64,000 bases of DNA, from the NCBI GenBank assembly GCA_025558095.1, contig JAIVFI010000001.1, forward strand, positions 1,178,001 through 1,242,000. The letters run 5' to 3'. Of the stretch, positions 22,263 through 34,481 are shown one piece after another (positions within the stretch are counted from its first letter, which is position 1; every line of letters starts with the position of its first letter). The notes under the pieces were generated by a model, which did not search any database, was not told where the DNA came from, and was given only the letters and a program-made list of their open reading frames with translations. This DNA is from Hyaloraphidium curvatum SAG 235-1 (taxonomy: Eukaryota; Fungi; Monoblepharomycota). The position numbers were made by a program, and so were the translations under genes.

Positions 22263-24915
22263 ATGCATCCCGAAGTCCCCGCCGCGGCGAGGCTCCCCCT
22301 CGACGCGGGCGACGACGAGTCGGAGGTCCTCGTCAGCCGCAAGGATGTTGCCGAGTTTGCTCGCAACTTCCCGCGTGCTGCCAAGCGCTACGTCGCCGAG
22401 CTGTTCCCCATCGCGAGCTGGATACCACACTACAACTTGCGATGGGCCCTCGGCGACGCCATAGCCGGCACCACGATCGGCTTAATGGTCGTCCCGCAGG
22501 CTCTTGCTTACGCCAAGCTCGCCGGGCTTCCGCCCGAGTACGGCCTCTACAGCTCGGTAAGCATCCACAACTCCCCCCACGCCGCATAGAACAATACTGA
22601 CCCTCGTGCCGCCTACCCGCCTACAGTTCACCGGAGTCCTCATATACTGCCTCTTCGCCACCTCCAAGGACGTGACAATTGGTCCCACGGCCGTCATGGC
22701 CCTTGCTACGGGACAGATCTTGGCCCGCGTCAACCCCAGCAACTCGGTGCAGGGCAACGTCGCCATCGCCACAACCCTCGCGCTCATGGCCGGCCTCACA
22801 ATGCTCGGCGTCGGCCTCTTTCGCCTGGGCTTCATCCTCGAGTTCATCCCTGGGCCGGTCGTGGCCGGTTTTACCACCGGCGGCGCCGTGACCGTCGTCA
22901 TCTCGCAGATCCCCGCCTTGTTTGGCATCAAGGGGGTCAACACGCGTGCCGACACCTACGTCGTCGTCCAGGGCATCTTCCAGAACATCGGCACCGCCAA
23001 CTGGATCGACTGCATCTTTGGACTCGTCTCCGCCGCCGTCTTGGTCGGGCTCAAGCTGCTGTCGCGGCGATACGCGAGGCGCAGCATCTCCGTGTGGTAC
23101 CTCGGCGTGTCGAGGTTCGCCCTCGTCGTGCTCGTCTCGATCCTCGCCTCGTGGCTCGTCAACCACTCGAATCCTACCTCGCCTCCAATGTCGATCCTCA
23201 AGACGGTGCCCTCGGGGTTCACGTATGTCGCCGTGCCGCCCATAACGGACCCCGCCGTTGCTTCGGCGGCTGCTTCCGGCCTCCCCGTCGTCGTGCTGCT
23301 CGCCCTTCTGGAGCACATTTCCATCGCCAAGTCGTTCGGGAGGATCAACGGCTACCGCATCAACCCGAGCCAGGAGGCGGTCGCGCTCGGTGTCACCAAC
23401 GTCGCGGCCAGCTTCTTCGGCGGTTTCCCTGCGACGGGCAGCTTCTCGCGCACGGCCGTCAAGAGCCAGGCCGGGGTCCGCACCCCGCTTGCCGGCATCC
23501 TCACGGGCCTCATCGTGCTCCTGGCTATCTTCGTCCTCGGACCGATGTTCTACTGGATCCCCAATGCGACGCTCGCCGCGGTCATCATGCACGGCATCAC
23601 CGAGCTCGTGAGCCCCCCCAGCTACTTCAAGCGTCTCTGGGGCATCAGCGTCACGGACTTCATCGTCGCGGCGGTCACGATCCTTCTCTCGTGCGTCATG
23701 ACCATTGAGTTGGCCATTGAGGTCGCCGTCTGCCTCGCCCTTGCTTTCCTCCTCCTCCGCCTCGCCTTCCCCTCCTTCTCCCTCCTCTTCCGCGATTCCG
23801 CGACGGGCGAGTGGATCCCCTCGCGGAACCGCACCCCGAACACCCGGGCTCCCCCGCCCGGCGTGATCGTCTTCCGCCCCGAGGAATCCATGATCTACCC
23901 CAACTCGGACCGCATCCGCGGCGAGATCTGGGACACCATCGCCGCCACCACCAAGGACCAGACCCCGCACACCGTCGAGATCTCCGGCCGCCTGACGGAG
24001 GGCAAGGGGTGGAACGAGTACGCGGGCGTGTCCAAACGCTGGGCTGTTGACTCCAAGTTCGAGGCGTCTGTGGCACCAATGGTGGCGGAATGGAACACCA
24101 GCGTTCGACTTGGTGGCGAGAGCGAAAAGGCGCCGCGTGCGCAGATCGAGGTCACCCTCGCGGACAGCCCGGACAAGAAGCAGGACCTCACGCTAATGGT
24201 TCCAGGGAGCGCAGATCCTCTGCACAACTCCGGAACTGTTTCGACGGTCTCGACGGTCGTGACCCCGGCTACGGCGCCTGTTCTTGCTGCACCGTCGTTC
24301 GAGCAGGCGGATCTCCCGAGCCTCCGAGCGATCGTTTTGGATCTCTCTGCCGTCAACGACGTGGACTCCACCGGGGCCCAGGCGCTCCTCGACCTGTTGG
24401 CGGATGCGGATCGGCGTAGCGGAGCGAGCGGCGTGCGGATGTACTTTGTGCATGCCAGGCGGCGCGTGCGGCGCGTGCTTGTCAGGGCTGGCTTGGTCGC
24501 TGCCCAGATCGCCGTGCCTGTCGTCGAGGCACCGGGCGAGGATCCTGTGCTGGAGAAGCCCGAGATTGCCTTGACCGAGGGCTACGAGGGCAAGGGGGCG
24601 GCGACCTTCGACATGTGGCGCACCATCCGAGGGCTTCGCTTCGGAGCCGTCAAGCAGGCTGTCGATGCCGTCAAGGAGCTCCCCCCTCCCGATCTGGAAG
24701 CCGGCACCGGATCTGCGGTGCCTCAAGAGATTCCCGACGCCTCGGCGGAGACTCCTCGCATTTCGGTCTCGCACCGACCTGCCACCGGCCTCCTCACCCA
24801 CGAGGGCGGGGCCACGACGGCGGAGGAGGTGATCGAGGCGGCCGCGCCTTTCGCAAACGAGTACTTCTACTCCAACATGGACGATGCCCTGGAAGCAGCC
24901 GCGGCGGACCGTTGA
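22263..24915 (+). CDS. SulP/SLC26 sulfate permease with STAS domain
   Basis: [102 protein letters not shown]. Intron ~22557-22626. Confidence 0.95.
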
Positions 24916-25204
24916 TCGATTCGCATGGCGGATGAATGAAAAAGGAACACAAGGGTAGCATCTTGGGTCTTTGCACGGTGTAGCTTGGGCAACGGGTGGA
25001 ATGAAGGAGGGGAGAACCTAAGCATCATTCGCCCTCCCGGACCCTCCACATGAAGACGCATCCATCAACCGTAACTGCGCATTGCTGTAGCTCCCAGCGC
25101 GTTCTTCACGCTCGCAGATCGGACGATGTTGGGTCAGATACCGGAAATTCGTCAGTCAGGTTGGTCGGATAGGAAAACTCGCGCGTCCCAAATCGACGCG
25201 GGCC

Positions 25205-28200
25205 ATGGCGACGCCGTCGCCGATCCGCACGCTGCCGGCGAAGCTGAGCGTCGCGGTGAACGCGGTCAGCTCGCCGGCGACCGCGGGCGCGGACACGGTG
25301 GCCAAGTTCGCGGCGTTTGCCGCGCCGGACTGGAGCGTGCAAGAATGGGTCAACCGCGAGCTTGCCGCCGCGAAACCCGTCGAATGGGCCGGCGAGAAGG
25401 GCGGAGGCGTGGCGGACATCGGCGGGTCGGCCGTGTCGCAGCAGGAGCTGGACGGTTTCGCGACCACCGTGCTGGAGGAGGAGGGGGCACGCGACGCGCG
25501 AAAGGAGTCGCCGCTGTCGGCGCCGGCCGGCCAGCTCACGAGTGAGCAGCTGGCGTCGGCGCTCGTGACGAAGCTGCAGAGCATTGCTTCCGAGATTTCG
25601 GCCGCAATCGACAAGGTGGGTCGCGGAGCACCTCCGCGAACGCATCTCTCCGGCCCGAGCTGATTGCATTCCGGGCCGTGCCCGTTTCGACGCTATCCAG
25701 GTTTGCGAGGACTCTCTGAAGAACGTTCCGCGGGTTCTGTACGATCTCGACGCCGTGCGGACCGAGGCCGGAGCCATCAAGGATACCCTGAAGAAGGCCC
25801 AGCGGACATTCGACAGCCCGGCCTATGCCGACGTTGGCAGAGGTCCTTCGCAGGCCATCGTTGCCAACGGTTCCCATGTTCCAGACGCGGCTCTCGCAAA
25901 CGGCTCCCTTCCTTCGCCGGTGTCTCCCCAGGTCGCGCCACAGCAGTCGGCCTTTGCTTCCCTCGTCTCGCTCGACACGGTGCTCTCGCGCATGCTGCAA
26001 TCTCTGGCCGCGCTACAGGAGACGGAGCACTGGACCACGCTGGGCCCCGAAATGGACTCGATCTTTGCCTCGGGCGACCTGGACCGCGCGGCGACGCGCC
26101 TGCTCGAAGCGCAGCGGTCGCTGTCGCTGCTGGAATCCACCGCGGGCTACGAGGAACGCAAGCAGCTCCTCACGGACCTGTGCGACAGGCTGGAGACCGA
26201 GGTCGTGCCGAAGCTCGTGGACGCGATCGAGAAGCGTGACATCGACGTGACGAAAAAGATGAAGGGCGTGCTGGCGCGCATGGGCCGCGCGGGGGAGCTT
26301 TTCGGGCGGCATTACTCCGCGGCGAGGAAACAGGCGCTGGTGGAGATGTGGAAGGGGTGGAGTGCGGGCACCGTGGAACTGGACGTGTTCTTGATCGAGT
26401 TCTACGACGCGGTGCTCACCATGGTCAACAAGGAACTGTCGTGGGCTTCGGGACTGTTTGGAGACGTCGTCGGTGCGATGCACGATTTGTTGGGGCAGGT
26501 TTTCGGCAGCCTGGAACCCGAGCCAGGCGCGCGATTGGGGGAGTTCCTCACGAAAGAAGGTATGTTGGCACGCGGCGCAGCACCGCCCTCCCGCATCTAA
26601 TTTTCATTTCGCTGAAGGCGCGGCTGCGCTTCCGACCCTCGTTCACATCTACACCGTCACGGCTGGCTTTTCCCTGACGATGGAATCGCAGCTTTCCGGC
26701 TTTTCCGAATCCTGGTCGCTGCCCCTGCTCCAGCCTTTCCTGAGCCATCAATCCAACTACGGCACCCTTGAGCAAAGATACCTCCTTTCGCTGCTCGAAG
26801 ACCCGAAGCGGGAGTACTTCGTTGGCCTCAAGGCGCCGCCCTTTTCGCGCGACGTGTCGTCGTCGATGGAGGCCTACGCCGAGACCGTGCAAAAGGTCGC
26901 CGACTCGGTCGTGCCCTTCGCCTTTCAGGCGGCGGAGGCAGCCGTTCACCGCTGCGAGCAGTTCACGTACGGCTTTGCGGACGTGGCGCTCCTCGAGTCG
27001 CTCGACCTGCTGTTCCAAAAGCTGGTAAGGGACGGCATTGGCAGCGTTCTGGCCGGAGTGCGCCGTGCGGCGGGCATGGAACCGCCCGTCGGCGGCGGCC
27101 CGCGGCCCAAGCTGGCCATGGCGGACGGCGGCGAGTGGGAGGTGTTCCAGCTCGGCCTCAAGATCCTCGTGGTGTGCGCCAACCTCGACAGGAGGTTCGC
27201 CGAGTTTGAGCACGGCGTGGTGCGGCCGACGCTCAAGAAGGCGGCGCACCTGTTGGAGCTCGTGGACGTGGACGCGGAAACGGAGCCCGAGAGCGGCACG
27301 CCTGTTTCCAAGGGCGAGCCCAAGGGCCAGGGCAAGTCGCCGCTTGCCACGGCCGTTGCCAACTCGCTCGCGACGCCGTCGTCCAAAGCTACCTTCGACG
27401 CTGTGCCCCAGGCGGCGCTTTCCTTGCTGCGAAGATCGGCGCTCAATTCGCCGCAGCTCCGCGTCCTCCTCACGGACCCTCCTGCAAAGCTCGTCGATCC
27501 GCCGTTGGAGCAGCTCACGCGCTCGGCGCACCGCCTAGTGTTCGACGCCAGCTTCATGCCGATCGAGCGGGAGTTCGAGACCTTTGCTTCGCTTCCCTGG
27601 AGTGCGAACGAGGCTTCCCCCGTGGCGGGCAGCCGCAGGGGCATGATGGAGCTACCGCAGTTTTCCCTCAACCCGTCGCCGTACATCACCAGGATCGGGG
27701 AGCACCTCCTCACGCTTCCGCAGCAGATGGAGCTGTACCAGGACGACGAAGGGCTCTGCTACCGCGCGGAACTGCTGCCGCACCTGGAGCTGCTCAAGCC
27801 CGCAGCGGAGGCCGAATCGGCCCCCACCGATCCGGATGCCGGGGGGGAACCCACGACGCCCGTGCAGGAGGACCCGCTGGCCCTGCCTCCGGCCGCGCTG
27901 TACCTCACAGCGCTCGCCCTCGGCACGCAGCAGCTTCTTGTCAAGTCGGTCGTCGCCCTGCCCGCCCTGTCGGACAAGGGCGCGCGGCAGCTGTCAGCCG
28001 ACGCGGGGTACCTGGCCAACGTCGTTTCTGCGCTGGACGTGGAGGTCCTCCCAACCGTCAAGGCGATCGAGGACATGTGCGGGTGCCCGGCTGCGGAGGC
28101 GGGCAAGAAACTTGAGGCGAAGATGGCGGAGGGGTGCGGCAGGGAGGAGGAAGATCTGCGGAGGAGGCTGCTCGGGCTCCGCACGGGGGCGGCATCGCCG

Positions 28201-28212
28201 ATCAGGGGCTGA
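25205..28212 (+). CDS. COG7: Conserved oligomeric Golgi complex subunit 7
   Basis: FAAPDWSVQEWVN, LVTKLQ, LKNVPRVLYDL, LPQFSLNPSPYITRIGEHLLTLPQQME, ARQLSADAGYLANVVSALD. Introns ~25616-25700 and ~26560-26617. Confidence 0.85.
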
Positions 28213-28502
28213 TCAGAAGCTTTACCATCCTAGAAATACTGTAAGCTTATTACACTGGGATTTGCATGCTCTCTTGATCCGCGCCCAGGTGGAAGATCGT
28301 GTGGAAAATCCTCCTCCCGCCGAAGGCACCGCCACAGCGTGGGGACGGACCCCTGTGCAAGCGCCACTTCGTCACACAAACATCGGGCGTTTCTCGAGTA
28401 GAGAGGCCGGTGCCGAACGCATCGGGCCTGCTACCGACTTCTCGAAGGTCGCGGCGCTTTCGCCTTCGCCGCTTCTCTCTGCGGCTGCAGGTTTCGGCCG
28501 CA

Positions 28503-30179
28503 ATGTCTAAGGCCTCTGCGGCATCCCCGGTCGACGAGCGCACCATGGCCGAACCACGGCCAATCTTCTCCCTCCAGCCGGTCTCCGCCGACTCGGCCGA
28601 CTCGCGGGTCTTCGGCGGCCCGCGGCCGCAGCGCTTCAACCTGGCGGTCTTTGACCCTTCCAACGATTACGCTCCGCTGAAGTGGTCGCAGCTGCTCCCC
28701 TCGCACATGCGCCGCATCCACGTGGCCTTTGCCAGCTCGGACCTCTCCTCCCTGGTCCACGTGCACCCCGAGGACTTTGCCGCGCTCAACGCCGGGGACC
28801 CGGACGCGGCTTCCTGGGCGATCGAGGCGACCTTCAACAGGGCGGGCAAGTGGGGCGTGCTCGTCGAGTACGACACTTCCGGCGGTGAGGAGGACGGGAT
28901 GGAAGAGGGGGAAGAGCATGGGCACGGCGGCGCGCACCACCACCACCGCCGGCACGGCCACGACGGGGATAGCGCGGACTATCGGAGGACGTACACGGGC
29001 ACCGCATTGATCGACGTGCTGGAGCCCGCTGATTCGTTGGAAAGCGGGGCGGACCAGGAAGACGACTGGCCCAAAGCGACTTTGATGGACGCAGACCTGC
29101 CGCCGGTCGCCGGCTCCGTGCAGTTCAGAGGCCTGATGCTGGCCCCGGCACCGGACGACCACAAGTGGACCCTGCCGATCATCGCTCCGGACCTGCAGCT
29201 GGACAAGCCGACAACGCCGCGGTCGACGGCATTGGTTAACCAGACCTTCCTCGCCACGTTGAGGACGGTGCCGGCTGTGATCCCAACCAACTCTTGCGTC
29301 ACTGCCATTCTTGAGTTCTTTTTCGCGTCGGGCGACAAGTGGGCGCCCGTCACCACTCTCGCACCATTCCTCGAAGCTTCGGGACACATCACCACGGTGC
29401 ATTCGTCGCTGGGCGAAGTCGGCCATTCGCACACCACCGTCTTCAAGCCTTCCTCGGTTGACGACTCGGCCGCTAGACCCGACGCCCCGATCGACGCCTC
29501 CCTCGTCCCCGACATGTGCTCGTCCGACGACGCCGCGCACTCCCACAAGCCCGACCCCGTCTTTGGCCCCCGGCTCGCCGCCCCGCTCCGCTTCTCCACC
29601 CCGGGCAAGCACGCCGTCTTCCTTCAGTCCGCGCGGCTGCAGGACGGCGGCTTCGTGATGCCTGTCGGCGGAATCGGCCGGGTGATGCTGGCCCCGCGGT
29701 TCGTGGTCGAGGTTGGGAGCGGGAAGGAGGCGACCACGGGGAGGGAGCTCTCCGAAGCCGAAGCCAGGGGTTTGGGTGGGGTTGGAGAGATTCCGCAGGC
29801 ATGGGGGCCGGACGACGGGATGAAAGGGAGGCCCGTGGGGCAGGCCGGATCTGTGCAGGAGGAGGCGGCCGTTCCCCCGAGCCAAGGATCTGGAGGGAAC
29901 AACGCCGCCGCGATCGCCGTCGCCCTGCTCTTCGCCCTCGCGGCGATCGGCGGCGTTTTCCTCTACCGCCGAACCAAGCGGCGGTCGTCCCAAGCTCGCA
30001 GGTACGGCGACGAGTCGCTCCTGCCGACAAACATCTCGCCCATCTTTGCGGGCGGCTTGGGCACGTCGCCGATCGGGTACGAGCAGCTGATGGCTGACCT
30101 TGATTTTCTCGACGACGACGAAAACGCAGAAAAGGGGAGCATGACCATGGAGGCTTTGCAGCAGCATGATGAGAAATAG
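28503..30179 (+). CDS. Single-pass membrane protein with tandem 'HVHP'-type putative metal-binding domains and a His-rich loop
   Basis: HMRRIHVAFASSDLSSLVHVHP...ATFNRAGKWGVLVEY; second copy LAPFLEASGHITTVHSSLGEVGHSH...FSTPGKHAVFLQ; HGHGGAHHHHRRHGH; TM AIAVALLFALAAIGGVFLY followed by RRTKRR. Start uncertain. Confidence 0.7.
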   Translation: MSKASAASPVDERTMAEPRPIFSLQPVSADSADSRVFGGPRPQRFNLAVFDPSNDYAPLKWSQLLPSHMRRIHVAFASSDLSSLVHVHPEDFAALNAGDPDAASWAIEATFNRAGKWGVLVEYDTSGGEEDGMEEGEEHGHGGAHHHHRRHGHDGDSADYRRTYTGTALIDVLEPADSLESGADQEDDWPKATLMDADLPPVAGSVQFRGLMLAPAPDDHKWTLPIIAPDLQLDKPTTPRSTALVNQTFLATLRTVPAVIPTNSCVTAILEFFFASGDKWAPVTTLAPFLEASGHITTVHSSLGEVGHSHTTVFKPSSVDDSAARPDAPIDASLVPDMCSSDDAAHSHKPDPVFGPRLAAPLRFSTPGKHAVFLQSARLQDGGFVMPVGGIGRVMLAPRFVVEVGSGKEATTGRELSEAEARGLGGVGEIPQAWGPDDGMKGRPVGQAGSVQEEAAVPPSQGSGGNNAAAIAVALLFALAAIGGVFLYRRTKRRSSQARRYGDESLLPTNISPIFAGGLGTSPIGYEQLMADLDFLDDDENAEKGSMTMEALQQHDEK

Positions 30180-30207
30180 ACGGTTTGTGATATGCCTTGA
30201 TACTTCC

Positions 30208-30450
30208 ATGGAGCAGCAAATGGATTACGGCAAAGCCCTCGGAAGAACGCTTGCGGACCGGGCCAAGACCAAAGGGCAGAGATGGGAACTTACGGGACCC
30301 ATATGCGGGGGGTGCGGGCTCATAGCTCAATCGTTCGCGCAGTTCAAAGCTTGCTCGAGGTGCCGGACCGCGTGGTACTGCTCGAAGGAGTGTCAACGGC
30401 AGCACCGGCCCGTTCATCGCCAGATCTGCGCGCCGTCGGCCAAGGACTAA
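30208..30450 (+). CDS. Small stand-alone MYND zinc-finger ORF (80 aa), possibly a fragment
   Basis: CGGCG...FKACSRCRTAWYCSKECQRQHRPVHRQIC is a complete MYND ligand set. Confidence 0.6.
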   Translation: MEQQMDYGKALGRTLADRAKTKGQRWELTGPICGGCGLIAQSFAQFKACSRCRTAWYCSKECQRQHRPVHRQICAPSAKD

Positions 30451-30754
30451 TCACTGAGAGTTTCGGATCCAAAGCACTGCACGCGAAAAAGGAGAACGTG
30501 CTGGAGTCAGCGGCCACTTCGCGAAATGGGCTTCTCTACTATGCCGAGGGGAGATCGCGTCTGGGACACGCGATCGCCGGCAAGAGGCACCGATTCGAAG
30601 GTTCCTGTTGTAGAATGGAGCTTGTAAAGCCAGAAATTGGCGTCATCAAGGCACAATCTGCGTTGCCGAGTGTGTTCGAAGATGGGGCGGGAGTAATGGC
30701 CGTCCGCTCCTTTGGCCGCGGAACTGCGTCGCCTGTCACCCAAATCGGTTCAAC

Positions 30755-31847
30755 ATGGCCTCGCCTTTCGCGGCCCTGGACGACCCGACCATGGACGATG
30801 CGACGCGGGCGATGATCCTCTCTATGCTGCAGGAGGAGCACGCCGCCCTGGCGCAGCAGGCCACAGCTCAGGCCGCGCCGGGGCCGGCGTCCCTCTTGGT
30901 GCCCGGGCCCGCCGCCGCCGCAAACGCCGCCGGAAACGCCGCCGCAAACGCCGTCGTCGTCCACGGGGAGGGCAACCGGTTCCTGACGTACGACGCCGCG
31001 GTGGACGGGTCGCTGGACGACTTCCTGGAGGACAACAAGCCGACGAAAGTGACGCGGGACGAATACGATTGGATTTCCGTCGTCTCGCCCTCGCACAAGC
31101 CGCAGCGGCCCGACGCGATTCTGGACGCCGTCGCGGCCGCGCAGGAGGAGCTCGCGCAGCCGGGAACGGGCACGGCCAAGGCGAAAAAGGTGCTCGAGGC
31201 CGCAAGGAGGTCCGGCGTCGTGTCAGGAAAATGGCTCGTTTTCTACGACGCGGACGGGTTCGAGATGAACAAGGCGTGGGCGAGGATTGCCAAGGCGACC
31301 GTGAAGGGCGAGCTGGGCAGCGCCGCCAAGATCGCGACCAAGTCTCGTGGGTCCTCCCGATGATTCGGTGCTCCGAGTGCCAATACCTCTGCCAGCGACC
31401 GAGTCGATGCACCTGATTTGCGTCTATGTGGAAGACTTTGACAACAAGCGGACCGTCGGAAGGTTGGTTCATCTATCCGGGCGATGACGGCGACTTAAAG
31501 TGGCTCAACCACGCTCCGCCAGGGTGAAACAGCAGCTCGACGCCTTCGGCCTCCGCTCCAACTCCTTCAAGCCCGATATTTACACCTACATGGGCCTGAT
31601 GTCCAAAAACGACCACGGCATCCCGATCTCGATGTGGAAACCGAAGGACGTGGTCGGATGGGCCAAGGAGTGGGAGGCCGAGGACAAACGGAAGGCGAAG
31701 CGCGCGGCCGACGACGAGGCGGTGGATTTCGACGAGGACCCGGCGCGGAAGGAGGCCCCGAAGGCCAAGAAGAAGAAGCCCGAGCCGCTGCCCAAGTGGA
31801 AGCGCCGCAAGCGCCAGGAGGACCTGTTCGTCGACTCGGTGCAGTAG
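30755..31847 (+). CDS. BLES03/DUF1917 (C11orf68-like, eIF4E-like fold) protein
   Basis: SGKWLVFY...AWARIAKATVKGELGSAAKIAT, HLICVYVEDFDN, FKPDIYTYMGL. Introns ~31348-31395 and ~31463-31522. Confidence 0.85.
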
Positions 31848-32014
31848 GGCTCTTTCCAGCATTTCATTCTTTGTCGGTGTAATGGATCTTGCGCATTCGT
31901 CGCTCATATCGATTAGTTTCGGGTAACCCCTGCGCGGCCGTCTTGATGGGCCTTTGCGATGGCTCGAGCGGGCGAGGCGGATGAAGAGCGTCCAAAACCT
32001 TGCCCCTTCCCACG

Positions 32015-34402
32015 ATGAAGGTCCGCTGGGGCGGCCTCCTTAACATTGCCCTGCTATTGGTGATTATATGGCAGGCGAAACAAGGCGTGCTGTCGCCCCC
32101 GCCGGCGCCCCTGCCGCCGCTGCCGACCCCGTTGCCCGAGCGGACTTTTGAGGACGCACCGCTCGTGCCGCGGGGCGAGGTCGCCCTGCCGCCGCCACCC
32201 GAGCCCGAAAAGATCGATCCGCGCGACGAGACGCTCGTGATCCTTCGGACGTGGGGCGACATCGGCCACCGCAAGCGCGCGCTCATAAAGCGCTACCTCG
32301 CCGGCACGGACGGCATCGCGCGCTTCGCGGTCAACCACGACGCCACGCGGGCGGGCAACCAGAGCTCGATCGAGGAGAGCGTGGCGCACCTGCAGGAGCT
32401 GGCGGCGGGTCCCGACGGCGGGTTCGACCTATACGTCTACAACGAGACTGATGTCAAGGCCCGTTTCCCCCACACGACCTTTGACATCGGGTTCCTGACC
32501 AACTACAACCCGTGGAAGAAGACGGGCACGCAGGTGCTCGCCACCTATCAGGGCGCGGCGCCGTCGACGGTGCTCTTCCTGCGGACATTCCCCACCTCGC
32601 GACTTGAAAAACTAAAGAACGTCTGGATCATCGAGGACGACGTCATGTTCACTGGCGACCTGAAGCAGTTCTTCGGGCGGTACGTGGACGACGAGTCGCA
32701 CATCATCACCAGCAGGTTCAGGGACATGCCCATGGGTTGGTGGTGGGAGCACTCGTTCACCTGGAACGCCACCAAGGCGCACAAGACGGTGCAGGAGGAC
32801 CACGTGACCCGCTACTCGATGCGGCTGCTGAAGCTGCTGGACGACCTGGTGTCGGTCGGCGTGTACGCCCTGGGCGTGCACTTTCCGACGACAGTGTGCT
32901 CTAGCCTCGTCTGGTGCCGCGAGTCGATCCGCAATTTGGACCCCGACGGCGTCATCGCCGAGGAAAAGTACTACGCCGCCTCGGCCCGCGTTTCCGAGGA
33001 TGTGTGGAACGACGCCGTGGCCGGCAAGATCCCCGAGTTGTCGGGCAAGTGGGTCCACGCGACCAAGTGGGACGACGTGCCCGGCAAGGCGGGCGCTGCG
33101 GGCTCCTCGGCGACGCGGCAACCGCCTGCTCGACGATCTCCGCCGGAACAGGTGGCCGTTGCCCCTCTGCCGCAGGTCGACGGCTCGCCTTTGGACCTGA
33201 ACCTCCATCCGACCGTCGTGAATGTCGGCGGGGTGGAGTTTGCATACGAGCTGCCCCCGGGCACCAAGCCCACGGCGGTGCTGCTCATCTTCCCGTCGTG
33301 TCGCTTCGTGCACTTTGATTTTTGGATCCTGGGCCAGCTCCGCGAGATGGTGCACTTTTTCGTCGGCAAGGGGTACGCCGTCATCTCGATCAACGGGCCC
33401 AGGCAGTCCAAGGCCGACAAGGTGGTCAGCTGCCCCGATTACATGGGGACCAGCGACAACCGGCAGGTCAAGGAGTTCCCTGGGGCCCTGTCGAAGCTGT
33501 TTGACCTGTTGGGAAAGGACAAGCCCGAGCTGGCTGGCTTGTCGAGCGTTCCCCTATACGCCTACGGCATTTCCGCGGGCGGCTTCGTCATCTCGATGGT
33601 GACCAAGGAGGTCCCGATGACCGCGGCCGTCTACCAGGTCGCCATCCCCGAGCAGAACTCGGTCCACGCCAAGCACCCGCCGACTCTGTTCCAGCGGATG
33701 GCCGAGGACTTCCACGCGACGGCGGCCAAGGTCGCTGACGCGCGCGCCAAGTTCGCGGCGCTGGGCGTGGAGACCGACGAGCTGGTGCAAGCGCGGACGT
33801 TCGAGATCTCGAGGGATCCGGCGACGGGGCGCCAGGAGCTCTCGTGGTTCTTCGAGGGCATCACGCCCAAGCACTCGCAGGAGCTGATCAAGCTGTACTG
33901 CGACACGTCGCCCAAGCTGTGCAACGTCACCGGGACGGACGCCAAGGGCGTGGAGACCTTCACGCTGGAGCACATCCTCGCCGAGGACCGGCGCAAGGTG
34001 TTTGTGCCCAAACAGGCCGAGTTCCTGGGGGGCATCATGGACTATGCGCTCGCGTTCTACCGCCGCGTGGTGGTTTCGGACGTCGTGGCGTGGCACACGA
34101 CCGCGAAGGACGACGCGGATGCCAAGCTGCTTTGGGACTTCCTGGTCGGCAAGGGGTACATTGTCTGCTGGACCGTGGACGGGTCCAAGCTGTGCCACCT
34201 GGCCAAGGCCGAGGTGTCGAAAGCGGACTGGGCGGAGCTTCTTGCCAACGACGCCCTGGCATCTGCCGCGCGCAAGAAGCTCCTGGACTACTACGACTTT
34301 GTGCTGGAAATGACGTTCCAGCTGCTGGTGCACGAGCACTGCGCTTGGACTCGCGGTCTTCTGCAAGGTTGGCACGAGTGGTACGGGAAGCACGAAAAGT
34401 GA
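32015..34402 (+). CDS. Type II membrane protein: GT-A-like glycosyltransferase domain fused to an alpha/beta-hydrolase
   Basis: N-terminal anchor LLNIALLLVIIW, Pro-rich stem, VWIIEDDVMFTG and WVHATKW. After a linker: AVLLIFPSC, GYAVISI, nucleophile elbow YGISAGG, late HEH. Intronless. Confidence 0.7.
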   Translation: MKVRWGGLLNIALLLVIIWQAKQGVLSPPPAPLPPLPTPLPERTFEDAPLVPRGEVALPPPPEPEKIDPRDETLVILRTWGDIGHRKRALIKRYLAGTDGIARFAVNHDATRAGNQSSIEESVAHLQELAAGPDGGFDLYVYNETDVKARFPHTTFDIGFLTNYNPWKKTGTQVLATYQGAAPSTVLFLRTFPTSRLEKLKNVWIIEDDVMFTGDLKQFFGRYVDDESHIITSRFRDMPMGWWWEHSFTWNATKAHKTVQEDHVTRYSMRLLKLLDDLVSVGVYALGVHFPTTVCSSLVWCRESIRNLDPDGVIAEEKYYAASARVSEDVWNDAVAGKIPELSGKWVHATKWDDVPGKAGAAGSSATRQPPARRSPPEQVAVAPLPQVDGSPLDLNLHPTVVNVGGVEFAYELPPGTKPTAVLLIFPSCRFVHFDFWILGQLREMVHFFVGKGYAVISINGPRQSKADKVVSCPDYMGTSDNRQVKEFPGALSKLFDLLGKDKPELAGLSSVPLYAYGISAGGFVISMVTKEVPMTAAVYQVAIPEQNSVHAKHPPTLFQRMAEDFHATAAKVADARAKFAALGVETDELVQARTFEISRDPATGRQELSWFFEGITPKHSQELIKLYCDTSPKLCNVTGTDAKGVETFTLEHILAEDRRKVFVPKQAEFLGGIMDYALAFYRRVVVSDVVAWHTTAKDDADAKLLWDFLVGKGYIVCWTVDGSKLCHLAKAEVSKADWAELLANDALASAARKKLLDYYDFVLEMTFQLLVHEHCAWTRGLLQGWHEWYGKHEK

Positions 34403-34481
34403 GGGTGCAGAGGGTATCGCATGTCTAGGTTCCTCTCCGTACATGGCCGCCATGTCAACAATGCGCCACCACTACGTCTCG

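Noticed and set aside
23950-24310. Large insertion splitting the STAS domain
   Set aside because: A variable intervening sequence in STAS is a normal feature of eukaryotic SLC26/SulP proteins.
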